A stretch of DNA of 64,000 nucleotides, taken from assembly GCA_045606105.1 (NCBI GenBank), contig JAZURI010000001.1, positions 96,001-160,000 on the forward strand. The letters are read 5' to 3'. Numbering within the stretch: the stretch's first letter is position 1; each line of letters begins with the position of its first letter. A program made the position numbers and the translations under genes. This stretch comes from Spirochaetia bacterium. Lineage in GTDB: Bacteria; Spirochaetota; Spirochaetia; CADAEX01. The notes under the pieces are model-generated. The model was not told the origin of the DNA and searched no databases. It was given only the letters and a program-made list of their open reading frames with translations. Of this stretch, positions 39,091-49,481 are shown piece by piece.

Positions 39091-39179
39091 TTATATTAAG
39101 AATATTTTAACTGTTGTTTACAGTCAATAGAAAAAATTTACTTGTTGCCCGTTGATGTTTTTTATGTTATATCAGAAGT

Positions 39180-39512
39180 ATGCAGGTAAAAGATATTTCC
39201 AGAACCAGGATTTTCCGTTTCTCAGACAGAAGCAGTGCTTTTCTTGCTATCTTTACCTGTCTGGTTTTCTTTCTCTATGCCCTGGGCTCCTATCAGGATT
39301 TCCTGATTTTCTCCAGGATCCTCCTTCTCAGGATATGCCGTTTTTCATCAGTGACCCTTATTGGCTTTTCGTTTTTTTCCCTGGTGCAGATCTTTTTCTA
39401 CGGCTCCATCAAAAAAGGCTTTTTCAGGGTAAAGCTTATCGAGCATATCATCTATCTTGTCATAGCCCTGCTGATGCTCTCCTTTTCCATGTTCATCATT
39501 TCCTTTGTCTGA
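39180..39512 (+). CDS. Hypothetical membrane protein
   Basis: Three hydrophobic segments, LY.LG.YQ.F motif. Confidence 0.5.
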   Translation: MQVKDISRTRIFRFSDRSSAFLAIFTCLVFFLYALGSYQDFLIFSRILLLRICRFSSVTLIGFSFFSLVQIFFYGSIKKGFFRVKLIEHIIYLVIALLMLSFSMFIISFV

Positions 39513-40347
39513 CAAACAGCTTTGAAAGAAGAGTTGCTCCTATATATACCGTACCTGCCAATACTATGGTTATGGCTCCGTTTGGAAGGTTGAAGCTGTA
39601 GCTGAGAAAAAGTCCGGCTGATGAGAAAAATGCACAGAGAAGGGTAGCTGCAGTCATCATGTGGGAAAGCCTTTTTACTGCAGTTCCCGCTGTGGCTGCC
39701 GGTATTGTAAGGAAGGCCAGTGCCATTATTACCCCCACGAAGGAGACCATGAGAACCACGGTCAGCGCTATGAGTATATTCAGGAGAATATTGAAGAAAA
39801 CCGTATTTATTCCCCTGACCCCGGCAAAGGTCTCGTCAAATGAGACGCCCTTCAGCAGGTTGTAATATCTGATTACCACAAAGACCACTATCATATCCAG
39901 AACTGCGATGATAAGCAGATCCTTGCCGGAAAGCAGAAGTATGTTTCCGAAAAGATAGCTCATGGGGTCGGCATAGCTTCCCGAAAGGGAGATGCAGATG
40001 ATTCCCACCGACATCCCCACTGCCCAAACAGCCCCTATCACGCTGTCCTTTCTTTCATTGCCGTATATTTCCACCAGGGAGATAAGCAGTGCCGCCAGTA
40101 CAGCCGCAGCCAGCGCTCCGGTGATAGGGGAAATTCCGGTTCCCATTTTTTCATTGATATAGATTACTGCTCCGATTCCGCCCAGTGCCACATGACTGAC
40201 TGCTCCCACTATGTAGGACATTCTCTTTACCACCACATAGGAGCCTATCATTCCGAAGGCGATACTTGAGAGAAGACCTGCCAGAAGGGCATATCTGATG
40301 AACGGAACAGCAGGGTCTGCTACAGCCGCAAGAAAATCAGTAAGCAT
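39496..40347 (-). CDS. znuB: Zn/Mn ABC transporter permease
   Basis: SHVALGG, YLFGNIL, SFDE.FA, IPAATA motifs. Confidence 0.9.
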   Translation of the reverse strand: MLTDFLAAVADPAVPFIRYALLAGLLSSIAFGMIGSYVVVKRMSYIVGAVSHVALGGIGAVIYINEKMGTGISPITGALAAAVLAALLISLVEIYGNERKDSVIGAVWAVGMSVGIICISLSGSYADPMSYLFGNILLLSGKDLLIIAVLDMIVVFVVIRYYNLLKGVSFDETFAGVRGINTVFFNILLNILIALTVVLMVSFVGVIMALAFLTIPAATAGTAVKRLSHMMTAATLLCAFFSSAGLFLSYSFNLPNGAITIVLAGTVYIGATLLSKLFVRQRK

Positions 40348-41077
40348 GGCCAGCCTCCTTTTCCTGAAGGTCTATGTCATGCCTTACCATCTTGAAGATA
40401 TCGTCTCCCACCGAAATCTCCTGGGTAGGATGCTCGTGGAAATGTCTGTTTATGCAGAAAATCCTGCTGCTGAAGGCTGTGGTGAAGGTGGTGTCGTGGG
40501 TTACCACTATGATGGTAAGCTTCTTGTTCAGCTCCTGGATAAGATTTGAAAGATAATCCCCCGAGGTTGCATCCAGGTTGTTGGTTGGCTCATCCATCAG
40601 CAGTATCTCCGGTTCTCCTGCCAGGGCCCTTGCTATCAGCACCCTCTGTCTCTGACCTCCCGAAAGGGCAGAAAAAGGATTGCTGCTTACATCCTCCAGA
40701 CCGATATCCTTCAGTACCTTTGAAGCAATTTCCCTGTCCCGGTCGGTATAGCGGAAAAGTCCCTTCTTCATCCTTCCCGAAAGGACGGTTTCAAATACTG
40801 TTATCGGAAATTTCGGATCGAAATGGGTATACTGGGGAACATAACCCATGACCGGTGTCCTGAGTCTTGCCGGATTCATTCCGTTTATGAGTATGGTACC
40901 CGATTCAGGCTTCAGAAGCCCCAGCATAAGCTTCAGCAGAGTGGATTTACCGCCGCCGTTGGGTCCCGTTATTATTATTATTTCCTTGTCGTAGATATCA
41001 AAGGAAATATCCTCCAGCGTATAACCGGAATCATATCTGAAAGAAAGATTCCTTACTTCTATCCTTTTTTCCTTCAT
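40337..41077 (-). CDS. znuC: Zn/Mn ABC transporter ATPase
   Basis: GPNGGGKST, GYVPQ, LSGGQRQR, DEPT motifs. Confidence 0.92.
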   Translation of the reverse strand: MKEKRIEVRNLSFRYDSGYTLEDISFDIYDKEIIIITGPNGGGKSTLLKLMLGLLKPESGTILINGMNPARLRTPVMGYVPQYTHFDPKFPITVFETVLSGRMKKGLFRYTDRDREIASKVLKDIGLEDVSSNPFSALSGGQRQRVLIARALAGEPEILLMDEPTNNLDATSGDYLSNLIQELNKKLTIIVVTHDTTFTTAFSSRIFCINRHFHEHPTQEISVGDDIFKMVRHDIDLQEKEAGHAY

Positions 41078-41078
41078 T

Positions 41079-41954
41079 TCAGTTACCGCTTCCCTTTTCA
41101 AAGGCCCTTGTCAGGGATTCTGCCAGATAGGTCATGTTGTTTATGTAATCGTATTCCAGTACGGAAAACATGATTATTTCCCCTTTGATGGCGGCGGCAA
41201 TCTTCTGTGTCCCGGCTGCCGGAAACTCAGGCTGCATGAAGATGGTTCTCACCCTGTCGGCTTCCGCCTCTGCCACCAGCTTTCTTATCTGTGCCGGCGA
41301 AGGCTCCCTGCTGCCTGTTTCTATGGACTTCTGCACAAGGCCGTATCTTTGGGCAAAATAGTCCAGGGCTGAATGATAGACATAGAAAATCCGGCCCCTG
41401 TAGGGTGCAAGCCTGCTTCCGATATCCCTGTCAAGCTTATCCAGCCTGCTTATGAACTCCCTGCAGTTTGCCATGTAGAAATCCCTGTTTCCACTGTCTG
41501 CCTCGGAAAGGGCGGATGCAATGTTTTCAGCCACTTTCTTTACCTTCACCGGATCTGTCCAGATATGGGGATCAGCCTCCCCGTGGTGATGATGCTCTTC
41601 TCCGTGACCGTGATTATGACATCCCGATTTTTCAATTCCGGCAGAAATGTCGTATACCGAAAAGCTCCCGGTGCTGTTCTTCAGCCGGCCCAGAAACATG
41701 TTTTCAGACTGGATGCCCATGGTCAGGTAAACATCAGCCTTGCCCAGCTCTATGATCTGTCTTGCGGAGGGATCGAAATTTTCGGGACTTCTTCCCTGGG
41801 GAACCAGCACCGAAACCTGAACCTTTTCACCGCCTATCTGTTCCGTAAAGAATTTCTGGGGCATGATGCTTACGAAAACCTTCAGCTTCTCCTCTGAGAA
41901 GGCATTTCCTGTGATGAAGATCAAAAGAAAGGAGAATATTATAAGCTTTTTCAT
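41079..41954 (-). CDS. znuA: Zn/Mn ABC substrate-binding protein
   Basis: His-rich loop HNHGHGEEHHHHGE, DPHIWTDP, YH...YF motifs. Confidence 0.9.
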   Translation of the reverse strand: MKKLIIFSFLLIFITGNAFSEEKLKVFVSIMPQKFFTEQIGGEKVQVSVLVPQGRSPENFDPSARQIIELGKADVYLTMGIQSENMFLGRLKNSTGSFSVYDISAGIEKSGCHNHGHGEEHHHHGEADPHIWTDPVKVKKVAENIASALSEADSGNRDFYMANCREFISRLDKLDRDIGSRLAPYRGRIFYVYHSALDYFAQRYGLVQKSIETGSREPSPAQIRKLVAEAEADRVRTIFMQPEFPAAGTQKIAAAIKGEIIMFSVLEYDYINNMTYLAESLTRAFEKGSGN

Positions 41955-42217
41955 TCCTGTTTTTCCTTGCCGTTGCATTTGATGTAGAGCTCGTTGCAGT
42001 CACTGCACTTTTCTATGGAATGGGTTTTTGAGAATTTTTCCCAGTGCTCCCGCTGTGATATGGAAATAAGTCCGGTGCCGCTGCAGAGAGGACATGTGTT
42101 CTGCATATATTCAAGTACCGCATTGCGGATAAAGTCTGATCTGTTGGGTACATTCCTGAGCATGGCTGCCAGTTCCTCGTCTGCCTTGAAGGAGATGACC
42201 TCTGTCTTTTCTGTCAT
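41951..42217 (-). CDS. CopG/ribbon-helix-helix regulator with a Cys/His-rich C-terminus
   Basis: VISFKAD...NRSDFIRNAV RHH, then CPLC..G.G and H...C..C.....C; SD GAGG; ATGA overlap with znuA. Confidence 0.8.
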   Translation of the reverse strand: MTEKTEVISFKADEELAAMLRNVPNRSDFIRNAVLEYMQNTCPLCSGTGLISISQREHWEKFSKTHSIEKCSDCNELYIKCNGKEKQE

Positions 42218-42226
42218 TTTTACCTC

Positions 42227-42245
42227 GGTAATACTTTGTAATACC
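42227..42245. promoter_or_regulatory. Candidate RHH operator
   Basis: GGTAATAC-ttt-GTAATACC: GTAATAC direct repeat and one-mismatch palindrome just upstream of the SD. Confidence 0.55.
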
Positions 42246-42274
42246 AAGATAATCCATCACATGTAGTATGTCAA

Positions 42275-43357
42275 TCAGAAATCATTGAATCTTGAGAAAA
42301 GTCTGTCGCCCAGATATATTCCGGCCCATTCCCAGCTGCCGTGGATTTCGGGGTCTGCAGGGAAATCTATTTTCCTGAAATAGAGATACCAGGTGTTGAT
42401 TCTGTGTTCCCAGCCTGATGTGCGGAGATAGGCTTCCCTGGAATTCGAAACCTTGTCCAGTGTGCTGCTGACCCAGACATAGCTGTTCAGGAAGCTTCCT
42501 ATGTTTTCTGCAGCAGGGGTCACCTCTCCCGTTTCATCCTCCCATGAGGACATGAAGAAATTGACCTCAGACATGTATTTTTTCAGCTGTCTGGCATTTT
42601 TGCTGTATTTGCCCGATTTTATGGCCTGGGAAACCTTTTTCACCAGTTCGTCCAGACTTTCGTCCGCCCAGGTGATATCGGTGTTGTAATATGCAACCAT
42701 ATTGCCGGCATATTCATGGGCCGATGAATTTCCCGGTATCGAGGCTTCCGGATAGCTCAGGAATTTTTTGTAGGACTGGATAGCCTGATCCCAGTCACCC
42801 AGTTCTCCGTATGTATTACCCATGTAGAAATAGATTTCTCCCGGCTCTGCCTTGTCGGGAAACCTGGTTATGATATCCCTGAAGCAGGCAATCTTTTCCT
42901 CCGGATAGGTGCTGTATCTGATAAGGGCCCTGAGACTGAGATAGTGGACCGATTCTCCGCGGAAATTCACATCGCTGCAGTTGTTGATGATTCTCCTGAA
43001 ATAGTGGAGGGCAAAGGGAAGTGCATCCTTGTCCATGGAATTTCCTGCCATGGTGAAAAGATAAAAGGCGTTGTAGGGATCATCCGGATGGGAGTGGACA
43101 TAATCAGACAGGAACAGATTTATAAGCTCAGGGTCGGAATTCCGGTCCAGCATCCCCTTGATCTGCATCATGGTTATGTAGTTCTTTTCGTAGTCCGCTT
43201 CCTCTTCCGCAGATATTTTCAGGGAGGAGACAAGCTGTCCGAATCTTTCCGCATCCCCCTTTTCCATGCCGGAGGTATATATGTCTCTGCCGCAGGAAGT
43301 GAAAACCAGCACCGCCGTCAGCAGTACGGCAGTGAGTATCCGCCTGATATTTTTCAT
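42275..43357 (-). CDS. TPR lipoprotein
   Basis: FTSC lipobox, TPR (IYFYMGNTYGELGDWDQAIQSYKKFL), C-terminal WEWAGIYLG. Confidence 0.8.
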   Translation of the reverse strand: MKNIRRILTAVLLTAVLVFTSCGRDIYTSGMEKGDAERFGQLVSSLKISAEEEADYEKNYITMMQIKGMLDRNSDPELINLFLSDYVHSHPDDPYNAFYLFTMAGNSMDKDALPFALHYFRRIINNCSDVNFRGESVHYLSLRALIRYSTYPEEKIACFRDIITRFPDKAEPGEIYFYMGNTYGELGDWDQAIQSYKKFLSYPEASIPGNSSAHEYAGNMVAYYNTDITWADESLDELVKKVSQAIKSGKYSKNARQLKKYMSEVNFFMSSWEDETGEVTPAAENIGSFLNSYVWVSSTLDKVSNSREAYLRTSGWEHRINTWYLYFRKIDFPADPEIHGSWEWAGIYLGDRLFSRFNDF

Positions 43358-43442
43358 ATTTTAAAAATATATCACACCAAATAAGAGTTGGCAAGAACAG
43401 CACTATCTGTTAAAATGTATGTATTAAGGAGAATCACGGAAA

Positions 43443-44651
43443 ATGGGTGAAATCATTACACTTAAGGATGGGACGATTTGTGTTCCCGACAATCCAATTA
43501 TTCCATATATCGAAGGGGACGGAACAGGTCCCGACATCACAAGAACCGCGCTGCCGGTAATAGATGAGGCTGTAAGGCTTGCTTACGGCGGAAAAAGAGC
43601 AATAGAGTGGAAAGAGGTTCTGGCAGGAGAAAAGGCCTTCAATATAACAGGCGACTGGCTTCCTGAAGAGACTCTCGAGGCTTTCAGGAAATACAGGGTA
43701 GGTATCAAGGGTCCTCTCACAACTCCGGTAGGAGAGGGAAGAAGAAGCCTCAATGTGGCACTTCGCCAGCTTCTTGACCTTTATGTATGTCTCCGTCCGG
43801 TAAAATATTATCCAGGAGTTCCTTCCCCGGTAAAGAATCCGCAGCTGGTAGACATGGTGGTTTTCAGAGAAAACACTGAGGATGTCTACATCGGATATGA
43901 AACACCGGCCGGTAACGAAAATACCGAAAAGCTGGCCGCATTCCTCAAGGAGACCTTCGGATGGAACATTCCCGAGGGAGCCGGAATCGGAATCAAGCCT
44001 GTAAGCAAGGCCAGAACAGAACGCCTTGTAAGAGCAGCCATCGAATATGCAATCGAAAACAAGCGCAGATATGTTACCATTGTCCACAAGGGAAATATCA
44101 TGAAGTTTACCGAAGGGGCATTCCGCAACTGGTGCTACGAGCTTGCAGCCAGGGAATATCCGGGCAGGGTAATGACATGGGAAGAGGCCGGGGACAATCC
44201 TCCTGAAGATGTTATCATCATCAAGGACTGTATTGCCGATGCATTCCTCCAGCAGATCCTTACCCGTCCTGCAGAGCATGAGGTTATCGCCACCCTTAAC
44301 CTTAACGGAGACTATGTTTCCGACGCCCTTGCGGCTCAGGTAGGTGGAATCGGTATCGCACCGGGTGCAAATATCAACTATACCGACATGGTAGGTATCT
44401 TCGAGGCAACCCACGGTACAGCACCTAAATATGCCAACCTGAACAAGGTAAACCCATCCTCCATGATTCTTTCTGCATCCATGATGCTGGATTTCATGGG
44501 CTGGAAGGAGGCTGCGGCTCTCATCGAGAAGGGAATTTCCGGAGCAATCGCATCGAAGCGGGTAACCTACGATTTTGCCCGTCTCATGGATGGAGCTGAA
44601 AAGATCTCCACCAGCGAATTCGGAAAATGTATTATTGAAAATATGAGGTAA
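43443..44651 (+). CDS. icd: Isocitrate dehydrogenase (E. coli-type)
   Basis: [42 protein letters not shown] motifs. Confidence 0.97.
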   Translation: MGEIITLKDGTICVPDNPIIPYIEGDGTGPDITRTALPVIDEAVRLAYGGKRAIEWKEVLAGEKAFNITGDWLPEETLEAFRKYRVGIKGPLTTPVGEGRRSLNVALRQLLDLYVCLRPVKYYPGVPSPVKNPQLVDMVVFRENTEDVYIGYETPAGNENTEKLAAFLKETFGWNIPEGAGIGIKPVSKARTERLVRAAIEYAIENKRRYVTIVHKGNIMKFTEGAFRNWCYELAAREYPGRVMTWEEAGDNPPEDVIIIKDCIADAFLQQILTRPAEHEVIATLNLNGDYVSDALAAQVGGIGIAPGANINYTDMVGIFEATHGTAPKYANLNKVNPSSMILSASMMLDFMGWKEAAALIEKGISGAIASKRVTYDFARLMDGAEKISTSEFGKCIIENMR

Positions 44652-44653
44652 AA

Positions 44654-45181
44654 GTGAAGGATACACCGATAAAGCTGTTGTTTTCAGGTATTATATTGTT
44701 TATTGCGGGACTGGCTTTCATCCTGCATAAGATATACGGAGCGGCATTTCTCAACATTGCCCTTCCCCTTATCTGTTTCCTCAGCGGTGTATTCATGCTT
44801 ATCCTTTCCATCAGCAGCAGGGGGAAAACCTGGAATTTCATAACCGGGGTTTTTCTCTGTCTGACCTGTGCATTGCTCATATGCTATGAGATAATCTTTC
44901 CGGGTGTTGAGTTCAGGGCGATATGGCCTGTATTCATGTTCCTTTTCGGACTGATTGTCTTTATTTATTCCATCCGGGGAAAACAGGGGCGTAATGTGAA
45001 AATCATGGTGCCTTCCATGGCTATCTGTATTCTGGCCCTGATATTCCTCCCATTCAGCCTGAAGCTGATAACAATGAGCCTTTTCCGTTTCATGGAGTAC
45101 TGGTGGCCTGTTATCTTCTGTATCCTGGGGCTGATACTTCTTTCCGTCTATTTCTGGAAAAGCATGAAAAGGAAGAAATAG
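44654..45181 (+). CDS. Hypothetical membrane protein (LiaF/DUF5668-like WP-containing helices)
   Basis: About six TM helices; IWPVF and WWPVI motifs. Confidence 0.6.
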   Translation: MKDTPIKLLFSGIILFIAGLAFILHKIYGAAFLNIALPLICFLSGVFMLILSISSRGKTWNFITGVFLCLTCALLICYEIIFPGVEFRAIWPVFMFLFGLIVFIYSIRGKQGRNVKIMVPSMAICILALIFLPFSLKLITMSLFRFMEYWWPVIFCILGLILLSVYFWKSMKRKK

Positions 45182-45185
45182 TCTG

Positions 45186-46055
45186 TTATTTTCCCTTCCG
45201 GGCCAGCAGCAGGACTGCGGCAAATGAAAGAACAATTCCCGTAAGCTTCAGCAGGGTCAGTCCCTCCCTGAAAACACATATTCCCACAAGTGTTCCCACA
45301 AGAGGCTCCACCGCCACAAGTATGGCAGCCTTTCCCGTTTCCAGCCTTACCAGACCGTAGGTATAGAAAAAGTAGGGCAGCACAGTACAGAACAGGGCAA
45401 TTCCCGCCACCCACAGTGCGGTAACCGGCTCCATGGCCGAAGCTATATGGCCGAAATTACAGAACGGAATTATGCTTAATCCCGAAAAAAGGAATGTATA
45501 GAAGGTTACGGTCAGCGGATTGTACCGCACCAGGGCATACCGGCTGAAAATCGAATAAAGGGCATATCCCAGACCTGCTCCCAGACCGATAAGGAATCCC
45601 TGCAGGTTTATGGTGCCGTCTCCCGAAAGGATTCCTGAAACCAGTATACATCCCCCGAAGGTCATGGCCAGCGCCAGAAGCTTGACAGAGGTGATTTTTT
45701 CCCTGAACAGGAACAGCGACATTATCAGGACAAAGATGGGGGATGTATAAAGCAGGATAACGGCCACGGAGGCTCCCACCTCAAGTATGGTCCTGAAATA
45801 GCACAGCGAAAAGAAGGTAAGGCTGATTACCCCCGAACCTATGAACATCCAGATATCCCTAAGCCTGAAGCAGAGATATCTCCTGTTGGTGAAAAAAAGG
45901 AACAGAAACATGAATCCGCAGGAAATAAGGGCCCTGAGAGCCAGTATTTCGGGAAGTGAGAAGTCTGCGGAGTCAATCTGCTTTATGAAAATGCTTATGC
46001 AGCCCCAGAGAACACCGGCAGCCACCACGGAAGCAATATATCTTGTCTGGTTCAT
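45186..46055 (-). CDS. EamA/DMT-family transporter
   Basis: About ten TM helices; LLYTSPIFV...LFREKIT and VEPLV motifs. Confidence 0.9.
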   Translation of the reverse strand: MNQTRYIASVVAAGVLWGCISIFIKQIDSADFSLPEILALRALISCGFMFLFLFFTNRRYLCFRLRDIWMFIGSGVISLTFFSLCYFRTILEVGASVAVILLYTSPIFVLIMSLFLFREKITSVKLLALAMTFGGCILVSGILSGDGTINLQGFLIGLGAGLGYALYSIFSRYALVRYNPLTVTFYTFLFSGLSIIPFCNFGHIASAMEPVTALWVAGIALFCTVLPYFFYTYGLVRLETGKAAILVAVEPLVGTLVGICVFREGLTLLKLTGIVLSFAAVLLLARKGK

Positions 46056-46155
46056 GGTCTGATTTTCTCAATTTTCATCTAATTTATCAATAGGTTTTAT
46101 TTCCCCCTTTTTTTTTTAAATAAAAGGTATTAATATAATGGGCAAGGAGATAATA

Positions 46156-48135
46156 ATGGACAATAAAGCAATTGCTGCGGTGGCAAATTCGATCCGTGCA
46201 CTTTCCATGGATCAGATTCAGAAGGCAAAATCAGGTCATCCCGGACTTCCGTTGGGATGTGCAGAGCTGGGAGCACTTATTTTCGGTGAAATCCTCAGGC
46301 ACAATCCAAAGGCTTCGGACTGGGCAGACCGCGACAGGTTTGTTCTTTCGGCAGGACACGGATCAGCCCTCCTGTACAGCCTGCTTCATCTTTCCGGATA
46401 CGACCTTTCCATGGAAGACCTCAAAAGCTTCCGTCAGCTGGGTTCAAGAACTCCGGGACATCCCGAATACGGATGGACAGACGGTGTGGAGACAACCACG
46501 GGCCCTCTCGGTGCCGGATTCACAAATGCCGTAGGTATGGCAATTGCGGAGCAGATGCTTGCTGCAAAGTTCAACACACCTGAGCACAGCATCGTTGACC
46601 ATTTTACATATGTACTTTCAGGTGACGGCTGCATGATGGAGGGTCTTACCTCAGAAGCCGCATCCCTGGCCGGAACCCTGGGGCTGGGAAAGCTGGTCGT
46701 TTTCTATGACGACAACGGAATCACCATCGAGGGTAAGACAGATCTTGCATTTACAGAAAACGTGAAGGGACGCTTCGAAGCCTACAACTGGCAGGTTCTC
46801 TCCGGAGATGCATACGATATCGACGGAATCATGAAGCTTGTGGATGAAGCAAAAAAAGAGACATCAAAGCCTTCACTCATCATCCTTAAATCAATTATCG
46901 GAAAAGGCTCCCCTAACAAGGCCGGCAGCCACAGCGTACACGGCGCCCCTCTGGGACCTGACGAAATCATCGAGGCAAGAAAGGTTCTTGGAATTCCTGT
47001 GGATCAGGATTTCTATGTTTTCCCTGAAGCCAGAAAATATTTTGAAGATAAGGCTGCCGGATGGAGCAGTGCATACGAGGAATGGAAAAAGACCTTTGAG
47101 GCATGGAAGAAGGCAAATCCTGAACTGGCTGCCGAATGGGAAGCCTATATGGCAGGAGCTTCCGTTACAGTTGCTTCCGACAAGCTGCCGGGCTTCAAGG
47201 TGGGAGACAAGATCGCCACAAGAAGTGCCAGCGGAAAGACTCTGGTAAAAATCTGCGGCGAAGCTGGAAATGTTGTGGGAGGCTCTGCAGACCTGGCCCC
47301 TTCCAACAATACAGTAGTTCCTGAAAACGGCGATTTCTCAGCCGTGAACCGTCTCGGAAGAACACTCCATTTCGGTATCAGGGAGCATGCAATGGGAGGT
47401 ATCTCCAACGGTATCGTCCTCCACGGCGGACTCCGTTCCTATTGTGCCACATTCCTTTCATTTGCAGACTACATGAGACCTACAGTACGCCTTGCCGCAA
47501 TCATGAAGATTCCTACAGTATTTATTTTCACCCATGACTCCATCTATGTGGGAGAAGACGGTCCTACACACCAGCCTGTCGAGCAGCTGGAATCTCTCCG
47601 TGTTATCCCTAACGTTCAGGTAATCCGTCCGGGAGATGCCCAGGAGGTTGAGGTTGCTTGGCAGATGGCTATGGAAACCGCCGACAAGCCTACCTGTATG
47701 GCATTCACCCGTCAGGATATCGTGGTTTACGAAAAAGAGGACAGACAGTGGAAGAAGAACATGCGCAGAGGTGCATATATCGTGAAGGACTGTGCCGGAA
47801 CTCCTGATGTGGTGGTTGTTGCCACAGGCTCCGAGGTTTCTCTTGCAGTTGCAGCCGCAGAAAAGACAAAGAAGAAGGTAAGGGTTGTTTCCATGCCTTG
47901 CCGTGAGCTTTTCGAGGCCCAGAGTGCTGCCTACAGGAACAAGCTGCTTCCTAAGGGAGTACGCGTGGTGGTTGCAGAATGCGGAATTCCTACAGGCTGG
48001 AGAGGTTATGCCGATGAAAAGGACATTCTCGGAATCAGCACCTTCGGAGAATCGGGAAAATATGCCGATGTAGCTGCAAGGTTCGGTTACACAGCCGAAA
48101 ACCTGGCAAAGATAATCAACAGAAGATGCTGCTGA
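46156..48135 (+). CDS. tkt: Transketolase
   Basis: SGHPG, DRFVLSAGH, GDGCMMEG, FGIREH, THDSIYVGEDGPTHQP; SD AAGGAG before ATG 46156. Confidence 0.97.
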   Translation: MDNKAIAAVANSIRALSMDQIQKAKSGHPGLPLGCAELGALIFGEILRHNPKASDWADRDRFVLSAGHGSALLYSLLHLSGYDLSMEDLKSFRQLGSRTPGHPEYGWTDGVETTTGPLGAGFTNAVGMAIAEQMLAAKFNTPEHSIVDHFTYVLSGDGCMMEGLTSEAASLAGTLGLGKLVVFYDDNGITIEGKTDLAFTENVKGRFEAYNWQVLSGDAYDIDGIMKLVDEAKKETSKPSLIILKSIIGKGSPNKAGSHSVHGAPLGPDEIIEARKVLGIPVDQDFYVFPEARKYFEDKAAGWSSAYEEWKKTFEAWKKANPELAAEWEAYMAGASVTVASDKLPGFKVGDKIATRSASGKTLVKICGEAGNVVGGSADLAPSNNTVVPENGDFSAVNRLGRTLHFGIREHAMGGISNGIVLHGGLRSYCATFLSFADYMRPTVRLAAIMKIPTVFIFTHDSIYVGEDGPTHQPVEQLESLRVIPNVQVIRPGDAQEVEVAWQMAMETADKPTCMAFTRQDIVVYEKEDRQWKKNMRRGAYIVKDCAGTPDVVVVATGSEVSLAVAAAEKTKKKVRVVSMPCRELFEAQSAAYRNKLLPKGVRVVVAECGIPTGWRGYADEKDILGISTFGESGKYADVAARFGYTAENLAKIINRRCC

Positions 48136-49481
48136 AATTTCCCGCCCCTGTAGTTGAGTTTGCAGAGATAGTTTTCAGGGGCGGATATGAAATCTATCTG
48201 GTAGGAGGTGCCGTAAGGAACATAAAGTGCGGCCTTCCTCCGGATGATTATGACTTTACTACCAATGCCACACCTCAGCAGATTACCTCTCTCTTCCGGA
48301 AGGTCATACCCACAGGAATAGAGCACGGTACGGTAACAGTTCTTTTCAAGGGCTTTTCCTTTGAGGTCACCACATACCGCATAGACGGAAAATATTCCAA
48401 TTCCAGACATCCCGACAAGGTAATCTACAGTACAGATCTTTCCGAAGACCTCAGAAGAAGGGACTTTACCATAAATGCCATGGCACTGGATGTCCGCAAC
48501 AACAGATTTATCGACATGCACGGTGGTATGGAGGATCTGAAAAACGGAATTATCCGTGCCATCGGAAACCCGGATGAACGGTTTGCCGAGGACGGACTCC
48601 GTATCCTGAGGGCCTGCCGTTTTGCCGCCCAGCTGGAATTCGACATAGAACCTCTGACCCTGGAGGGGATGAGACACAACAGTCACCGGCTTGCGGGAAT
48701 TTCTGCGGAGCGTATCAGGGATGAACTGGTAAAGACCATGAATGCGGAGCATCCCTCCAGGGCCTTCATTGTAATGCATGAAACCGGGGTGCTGAAGTAT
48801 GTCCTTCCCGAACTGGAGGAGGGCTTCGGAATGGTGCAGCGGGAGCTTCACCGCTACGATGTTTTCCATCACATAATCTACAGCTGCGACTTTGCCGAAA
48901 AGGATGCCGTACTCAGGATGACAGCCCTTCTCCACGATATAGGAAAGCCCCGCTGTCTCGAAATCAGGGACGGTGTTCCAACCTTTTACAGGCACGAGGA
49001 GATTTCGGCCGAAATGGCAGGGGAAATTCTCCGCAGGCTCAGGTTTTCAAAATCTGACGAAAGCCATATCTGTCACCTTATCCGTTACCACATGTTCCAT
49101 TACACATCGGACTGGAGCGACAGTGCCGTAAGACGCTTTGTCTCAAAGGTGAGACCGGAGAACATATCCGATCTTTTCAGGCTCAGGTTTGCCGACAGGG
49201 CTGCCATGTCAGGCTCTTCCGCCCACGCCCTGACACCGGACGATATCGAGTTTGCAAGAAGGATTGACGGAATAATAAAGGAAAAATCGGCTCTTTCCAT
49301 GAAGGATCTGTGTATAAACGGCAATATTCTTGCCGAAAAGGGAGGCATTCCCAAAGGACCTCACATGGGAACTGTTCTCAGTTTTCTTCTGGAGTCGGTA
49401 CTTGATGATCCTGCCCTCAACGAGCAGGAGAAGCTTCTGGAGCTGGCAGTGAATTTCTACAGGAGCCGGATCAGTCTATAG
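48126..49481 (+). CDS. cca: CCA tRNA nucleotidyltransferase with HD domain
   Basis: VGGAVR, DYD, DLRRRDFTINAMA, RFAED.LR, ERIRDE, LLHDIGKP motifs. Confidence 0.88.
   Translation: MLLKFPAPVVEFAEIVFRGGYEIYLVGGAVRNIKCGLPPDDYDFTTNATPQQITSLFRKVIPTGIEHGTVTVLFKGFSFEVTTYRIDGKYSNSRHPDKVIYSTDLSEDLRRRDFTINAMALDVRNNRFIDMHGGMEDLKNGIIRAIGNPDERFAEDGLRILRACRFAAQLEFDIEPLTLEGMRHNSHRLAGISAERIRDELVKTMNAEHPSRAFIVMHETGVLKYVLPELEEGFGMVQRELHRYDVFHHIIYSCDFAEKDAVLRMTALLHDIGKPRCLEIRDGVPTFYRHEEISAEMAGEILRRLRFSKSDESHICHLIRYHMFHYTSDWSDSAVRRFVSKVRPENISDLFRLRFADRAAMSGSSAHALTPDDIEFARRIDGIIKEKSALSMKDLCINGNILAEKGGIPKGPHMGTVLSFLLESVLDDPALNEQEKLLELAVNFYRSRISL

Noticed and set aside
43434-44666. 410-aa antisense ORF exactly overlapping icd
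   Set aside because: Shadow frame expected from biased codon usage in a conserved gene; no recognisable motifs.
46108-46117. T10 run between the EamA gene and tkt
   Set aside because: AT-rich promoter of housekeeping genes; nothing supports phase variation.
48087-48995. Long antisense ORFs over cca and other genes (e.g. 35811-36674, 27513-28247)
   Set aside because: They overlap confidently identified genes and lack SD sites or motifs.
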